From the NCBI GenBank assembly GCA_002269645.1, contig NIVC01000150.1, positions 682,001 through 746,000 of the forward strand: DNA of 64,000 nt, given 5' to 3'. Below the pieces are notes generated by a model. It did no database searches and was not told the DNA's origin. It saw only the letters and a program-made list of their open reading frames with translations. Origin of the DNA: Macrostomum lignano. Taxonomy: Eukaryota. A program made the position numbers and the translations under genes. Each line of letters begins with the position of its first letter. Position 1 is the first letter of the stretch. This document shows, piece after piece, positions 57,700-64,000 of this stretch.

Positions 57700-57877
57700 A
57701 TGTCTGGTCTGCGGGCTGCGTGCTGGCCGAGCTGCTGCTGGGCAAGCCGATCTATCCAGGAGAGACCGGAGTCGACCAGCTGGTGGAGATCATCAAGGTG
57801 CTGGGCACCCCGACCAGGGAACAGATTAGCGAGATGAATCCCAACTATACGGATTTCAAATTTCCGCAAATCAAGGG
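57700..57877 (+). CDS. gsk3: GSK-3, exon 4
   Basis: [50 protein letters not shown]; phase 1 to 2. Confidence 0.97.
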
Positions 57878-57936
57878 GTGAGAGACCTCTTTGGATCAAG
57901 TGTGTTTTTTGGCTTTTTAAAGAAAGACTTTTCACT

Positions 57937-58000
57937 CTTCACTCGGTGTGACAATTAAAATTTCACTCGGTGTGACAATTGAAATTTCACTCGGTGTGAG
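57937..58000. repeat. 24-bp repeat, about 2.7 copies, in the 157-bp intron 4
   Basis: TTCACTCGGTGTGACAATT(A/G)AAAT. Confidence 0.8.
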
Positions 58001-58034
58001 AACTCTCTTAATCGCTGCTCCCACAATCCCGCAG

Positions 58035-58237
58035 TCACCCGTGGGCCAAGGTTTTCCGGCCCCGCACGCCGCCAGAGGCCATCAACCTGGTCAGCCGGCT
58101 GCTTGAGTACACTCCGCAGCTGCGCGTCAGCCCGCTGGAGGCCTGCTGCCATCCGTTCTTCGACGAGCTGCGCCTCGAGGGCACCAGGCTGCCTGGCAAC
58201 AAGCCGCTGCCTCCGCTGTTCAATTTTACACCTGCTG
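58035..58237 (+). CDS. gsk3: GSK-3, exon 5
   Basis: [45 protein letters not shown]; phase 2 to 1. Confidence 0.97.
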
Positions 58238-58344
58238 GTGAGCTGAGTGTATATTTATAGTGTGCTCAATGTTTTGCTGAGCTGACATCTATCTGGCAAG
58301 CGTATCGCTCCTTCGCCTGCTCGATGTTTGTCTACTCGTCCATC

Positions 58345-58860
58345 GACCGCTCCAATCCCCCCCATCTGTCATTCTCATCCGCTCCAATCCGCCCCCCCCC
58401 ATCTGTCATTCTCATCCGCTCCAATCCGCCCCATCTGCCATTCTCATCCGCTCCAATCCCCCCCCCATCTGTCATTCTCATCCGCTCCAATCCCCCCCAT
58501 CTGTCATTCTCATCCGCTCCAATCCCCCCCATCTGCCATTCTCATCCGCTCCAATCCCCCCATCTGTCATTCTCACCCGCTCCAATCCCCCCATCTGTCA
58601 TTCTCATCCGCTCCAATCCCCCCCATCTGTCATTCTCATCCGCTCCAATCCGCCCCCCCATCTGTCATTCTCATCCGCTCCAATCCGCCCCATCTGCCAT
58701 TCTCATCCGCTCCAATCCGCCCCATCTGTCATTCTCATCCGCTCCAATCCGCCCCATCTGCCATTCTCATCCGCTCCAATCCGCCCCATCTGCCATTCTC
58801 ATCCGCTCCAATCCGCCCCCATCTGCCATTCTCATCCGCTCCAATCCGCCCCTATCTGCC
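58345..58860. repeat. ~32-bp pyrimidine-rich minisatellite (CCATCTGTCATTCTCATCCGCTCCAATCCCCC)
   Basis: About 16 copies, decaying toward the acceptor. Confidence 0.93.
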
Positions 58861-58998
58861 ATTAGCATCTTAATCAGCCACTCCCATCCGCCTCCTACTC
58901 AATCAGCCACTCCCATCAGCCGCTCCCATCCGCCCCTCAATCGACCTCATCCATCAGCGCCCCTTCAATCCGCTCCATCCGCACCTCCCCATTCACAG

Positions 58999-59174
58999 AG
59001 CTGGCCATCAAGCCGGAGCTGAACAGTACGCTGATTCCGCCGCACGCCATGAACATGGCCGTCGCTGCTGCCGCTGCCGCCTCGAGCACCGGTGGCAGCG
59101 AGGGCGCCGCCGCGGCAAAATCGTCTGAAACCGCCGGTCAGTCGGAGGCCTCAGGCGGCGGCGGCGGACTTTAA
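58999..59174 (+). CDS. gsk3: GSK-3, exon 6 (total ~397 aa)
   Basis: CATTCACAG|AG CTG..ELAIKPELNSTLIPPHA followed by an Ala/Gly/Ser tail; TAA at 59172-59174. Confidence 0.9.
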
Positions 59175-59717
59175 GGTTGAGATAAATCGATTTCAGCAAC
59201 CTTAAACGTCCTCAATACAACTTTTGGAAGTTCGATTCAATAGTATAAGACAGGAGAGGAACTCTGGGAAAACACTAAAAATCGATTGTGGACCTTATGA
59301 AATTGTGCAAAGTTTTTTGTTAATCCAGTTTCAGTTTTTATGCCCCAACTGACTGACTCAGCTCTGCTGCCTGCCCCTCCCTTTCCTCCCAAAATGTTTA
59401 GCCTGTTTCGTATTCATCTGTCTGTCTTGAAAATTAAATATAATATACATATATTATATGTTATTATATATATATAATATATACATATATTATATACATA
59501 TGTTTCTATTGTACGCATTGATTCGACTACTATTACTATTATATGTTCAATTAATTTTCGCTGATTGATGTGTTGCTTACAGCACTGACCCTGTGCCCCT
59601 CCTAATGTTTAGCTTCTCCAGAAAATATAAAAGTCACATTAGGCGGTTCCCCATTGATTTTTTGCACTTTTTACTGTTATTCCAGTATGGGCCGGAGACC
59701 GGTTTACACTCTATTCG

Positions 59718-59995
59718 TTAGTATAGAAGACTAGCGCCGGTGCCCCCCCTCTTGGGTGGGTTTCACTGCTCCCGCTCAGCCAGTGCTTCACTGTCTATTT
59801 TAGTATAGAAGACTAGCGCCGGTGCCCCCCTTCTGGGGTGGGTTTCACTGCTCCCGTTTAGCCAGTGCTTCACTGTCTATTTTAGTATAGAAGACTAGCG
59901 CCGGTGCCCCCCTTCTGGGGTGGGTTTCACTGCTCCCGTTCAGTCAGTGCTTCACTGTCCATTTTAGTATATAAGACTAGCGCCGGTGCCTCCCT
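59718..59995. repeat. 82-bp tandem repeat, about 3.4 copies, downstream of GSK-3
   Basis: TATAGAAGACTAGCGCCGGTGCC at 59722, 59804, 59886 and 59968. Confidence 0.9.
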
Positions 59996-61631
59996 CTGGT
60001 GGGTTTTCCCTTCCCCAACCCCTTAATATCTGTTTGCTCTCTGAGATTTACTTTCTTGTTTCCGTTAACCCCCTGTTTGCTTATATGTTTCTTAGTGTAT
60101 CTATGTTGTTCCCGCTTTATGTTTATTTTTTGGGCAAATTATCAAGTCCACTCGTCTGTGTTAATCCAACCGCGTTTTCAACTAGAAGCCGGCTTTTAAT
60201 AGTAAATATTTGCGGTGGAAATCGTCATAAAAATTTTTGCTTTATTTTTTCTTTCTTACATACTGTGTACCTGTGCGTGGCATTAATAAGAATACTATTG
60301 TTAAATATAGTTTTATTGCTAATATGGTAATCAGTAAGGCACCTGGCGCATATATTAGTTATAACCCCCCTGGCAACAAGAACATAGCTCGGGTCCTCCC
60401 TCTTTTGTATTATGATAATAATTTGCTTCTTTGCTCGCTGGCTGACGGAAGATTTTTTAAAGTTGTTCTACTCACTAAAATATGGACTACTTAATTGATT
60501 CATTTTTATTACTCTTACTAATTGGTTAATTGCCGTGTTTTGTGTTATTATTTTTGTTTAAATAAAATCCTCGTCCTCTGGAGACGCGCAAATAATCAAG
60601 GTAATAATGAGAGCACCAGTTCAGTTATAACTAATATTATCTGTGTAACTCTGTTCACTATAACATGCGTTGCTCACTTCTCTTTATATAAATCACTTTT
60701 TCTGCGTGTTTTTTAGTCCTCTGCGCTAGCCATAGGCCCAACTAATTAGTGCTTACTACTTAGCGTCAGTAGTTAAGTGTGAGCGTTTAATTATTGTTTG
60801 TACTCTAATTCTACATAGATATGCAATTTCAGGTTCAATTTAGAGACTTCTTTTGCCTGCGCTCCTTCATGCCCGTGTTCTCTCGCTCCATTCTCTCGGC
60901 AGATTAGTGTACATACTAACCCCCTAGCAAGTACATGCTGTCCATATGATTTCACTATAGGCTCCCGTGTGTGCGTATTTTTTGATAATTTTAGAAAGCG
61001 ATAAAAATTGAAGCTAATCTAAACGAGCGAGTGTTTTCGAGTGTTTTTAGAACAGTTGATTTTTCGCGCTAAAAGCAAACAAACCAGTTTTTTTGAAATG
61101 TCTGTGTGTCCTATTTTAATTAAATAATAAAGAAATTCTAAATACCTTTCCTGCTCCTTTTTTGTTATTCATCGTCACACACGCAACGCATACTACTTGA
61201 TAAGTGTCGGTCTGTTTGTTGTTCGTTGTGGATCTGTACTACTTAGGCTTAGCGAACTAGATCTAACATCTATTATATAAATTATAGTAAATCTATATAT
61301 ACACAAATACACAAAGTTGATATGCAGGGCTAAATTTGCTATACTAACAAGTTGAGCTGTGTAAAATTGAGTGTGTCAGTAGTCCAATAAGTATTTGTCA
61401 TTTTTAGTAACAAAAAGTCTCCTTTATACTACTGAGTGATTTGCAACTTCCATACACTCGGTTGTGATAGGCGCGGATTCAAACCCGATCGTGCTACTGC
61501 TTTTGCATCTACTAAGTAGTACGAACTGCACCCATGCCAACAGTTTTTATGGAAACTGCAGTCTTTGTGGCACTAGACTGAATACCTGTAATCAGGTCAC
61601 TGGTGATTCTCTACACTGGGCCTTCGCTGCC

Positions 61632-63407
61632 ATCCCAGATCCCTAGTTGTTGGGCCAGCCTCCCAGGTCCACAGTTGCTGGGCCAGCCTCCCAGATCCTC
61701 AGTTGCTGGGCCAGCCTCCCAGATCCTCAGTTGCTGGGCCAGCCTCCCAGATCCTCAGTTGCTGGGCCAGCCTCCCAGATCCTCAGTTGCTGGGCCAGCC
61801 TCCCAGATCCTCAGTTTCTGGGCCAGCCTCCCAGATCCTCAGTTGCTGGGCTACCAATGCCAGCCTCCCAGATCCTCAGTTGCTGGGCTACCAATGCCAG
61901 CCTCCCAGGTCCACAGTTGCTGGGCCAGCCTCCCAGATCCCCAGTTGCTGGGCCAGCCTCCCAGATCCTCAGTTGCTGGGCTACCAATGCCAGCCTCCCA
62001 GATCCCCAGTTGCTGGGCTACCAATGCCAGCCTGCCAGATCCCCAGTTGCTGGGCTACCAATGCCAGCCTGCCAGATCCTCAGTTGCTGGGCTACCAATG
62101 CCAGCCTCCCAGGTCCACAGTTGCTGGGCCAGCCTCCCAGATCCCCAGTTGCTGGGCCAGCCTGCCAGATCCCCAGTTGCTGGGCTACCAATGCCAGCCT
62201 CCCAGATCCCCAGTTGCTGGGCTACCAATGCCAGCCTGCCAGATCCTCAGTTGCTGGGCTACCAATGCCAGCCTCCCAGATCCCCAGTTGCTGGGCTACC
62301 AATGCCAGCCTCCCAGATCCCCAGTTGCTGGGCTACCAATGCCAGCCTGCCAGATCCTCAGTTGCTGGGCTACCAATGCCAGCCTGCCAGATCCTCAGTT
62401 GCTGGGCTACCAATGCCAGCCTCCCAGGTCCACAGTTGCTGGGCCAGCCTCCCAGATCCCCAGTTGCTGGGCCAGCCTCCCAGATCCTCAGTTGCTGGGC
62501 TACCAATGCCAGCCTCCCAGATTCCCAGTTGCTGGGCTACCAATGCCAGCCTGCCAGATCCCCAGTTGCTGGGCTACCAATGCCAGCCTGCCAGATCCTC
62601 AGTTGCTGGGCTACCAATGCCAGCCTCCCAGATCCTCAGCTGCTGGGCTACCAATGCCAGCCTCCCAGATCCCCAGTTGCTGGGCTACCAATGCCAGCCT
62701 GCCAGATCCTCAGTTGCTGGGCTACCAATGCCAGCCTGCCAGATCCTCAGTTGCTGGGCTACCAATGCCAGCCTCCCAGATCCTCAGTTGCTGGGCTACC
62801 AATGCCAGCCTCCCAGATCCTCAGTTGCTGGGCTACCGATGCCAGCCTCCCAGATCCTCAGTTGCTGGGCTACCAATGCCAGCCTCCCAGATCCCCAGTT
62901 GCTGGGCCACCAATGCCAGCCTCCCAGTTCCCCAGTTGCTGGGCCACCAATGCCAGCCTCCCAGATCCCCAGTTGCTGGGCCACCAATGCCAGCCTCCCA
63001 GATCCCCAGTTGCTGGGCCACCAATGCCAGCCTCCCAGATCCCCAGTTGCTGGGCCACCAATGCCAGCCTCCCAGGTCCACAGTTGCTGGGCTACCAATG
63101 CCAGCCTCCCAGATCCTCAGTTGCTGGGCTACCAATGCCAGCCTCCCAGATCCTCAGTTGCTGGGCTACCAATGCCAGCCTCCCAGATCCCCAGTTACTG
63201 GGCCACCAATGCCAGCCTCCCAGTTCCCCAGTTGCTGGGCCACCAATGCCAGCCTCCCAGATCCCCAGTTGCTGGGCCAGCCTCCCAGATCCTCAGTTGC
63301 TGGGCCACCAATGCCAGCCTCCCAGTTCCCCAGTTGCTGGGCCACCAATGCCAGCCTCCCAGATCCCCAGTTGCTGGGCCAGCCTCCCAGATCCCCAGTT
63401 GCTGGGT
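61632..63407. repeat. 28/37-bp hairpin minisatellite, locus 3
   Basis: Starts as the 28-mer, then is dominated by a 37-mer with a 9-bp insertion (CTACCAATG / CCACCAATG). Confidence 0.97.
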
Positions 63408-64000
63408 ACGAGCTGTTTCTAGCGCGGATGTTTCTTAACCGCATTCGTCTATGACAACCCCCCATTCAGCCCATGCGTTCTCGAGAGCATATACCCAATG
63501 CACTGGCGATAAGACAAATATAAAATTTCCCATCGAGCACAGTTCTTAGAAAATCGAGTTTAGCTTCCTCCTACTTCAGCTGTCTATGGATCCTCACTTG
63601 CTGCATTGGGCCACTACAGCCGCCCTCCCAGATCAGCTCAGCCGCCTTATCAATACTCGTACCTCACTATCACATCCTGCGGTATTTGTCCATCAAATGA
63701 GTCAAACGTAAAACGTCTTCAAGACTCCTGCGCTGGAAGCAATTAGTGAGCGAGAATTACTGAACCTTTACTGAGTGCATCTCAGCAATGGGCCGCACAA
63801 ATACATGTACTAGAATATAATCCTGATTACCAGCACTGTTTGTCCTCTAAGACGTCTAACTCGTTAAGGATAATTGAGTTTCATTGTATCTAACAGACAT
63901 GCATTGTCTGTCTACGTCTACTATGCTGATCAAGTACATTAATGTAAAATAATCAGGGTGGCGAGAGGCATTGCTGCCAATTCCGCCGACTTCCCCTGAG

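Noticed and set aside
61603-63454. 580-610-aa ORFs, and the similar ORFs at 29075-30123 and 56502-57665
   Set aside because: Products of the 28/37-bp minisatellite; two of the three arrays lie inside introns of phase-consistent genes.

Overview
Eukaryotic (metazoan) genomic DNA: AT-rich intergenic sequence, GC-rich exons, GT-AG introns, and about 30% of the window (roughly 19-20 kb, hand-summed) in about 25 distinct tandem-repeat arrays, mostly intronic. This architecture and the gene content suggest a free-living flatworm such as Macrostomum (inference only). I reconstructed five protein-coding genes by hand with phase-consistent splicing: (1) an intronless rhodopsin-class peptide-receptor-like GPCR (minus, 9046-10413); (2) a divergently oriented 7-exon, 7-TM protein of unknown family (plus, 13227-32449) with two micro-exons and two candidate last exons; (3) a 2-exon small protein with a thioredoxin/Rdx-like pattern (plus, 36219-40539); (4) a 2-exon ~1166-aa orphan joining the two long minus-strand ORFs (46152-42408); (5) a 6-exon GSK-3 (plus, 49688-59174). 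Mobile DNA includes a full-length mariner with one nonsense codon, a fold-back mariner derivative carrying a nested Harbinger-like MITE, a decayed RT+RNase H LINE, a tRNA/CORE-type SINE and nested MITEs in GSK-3 intron 1. The most unusual structures are an array of 27-bp palindromic sites whose spacers are individually flipped (950-1300), one 28/37-bp hairpin minisatellite family at three unlinked sites with no shared flanks, a private minisatellite in nearly every intron, and a GSK-3 model lacking the N-terminal Ser9 motif. No CRISPR, rRNA or functional tRNA gene is supported. Most long ORFs in the ORF track are repeat artefacts.
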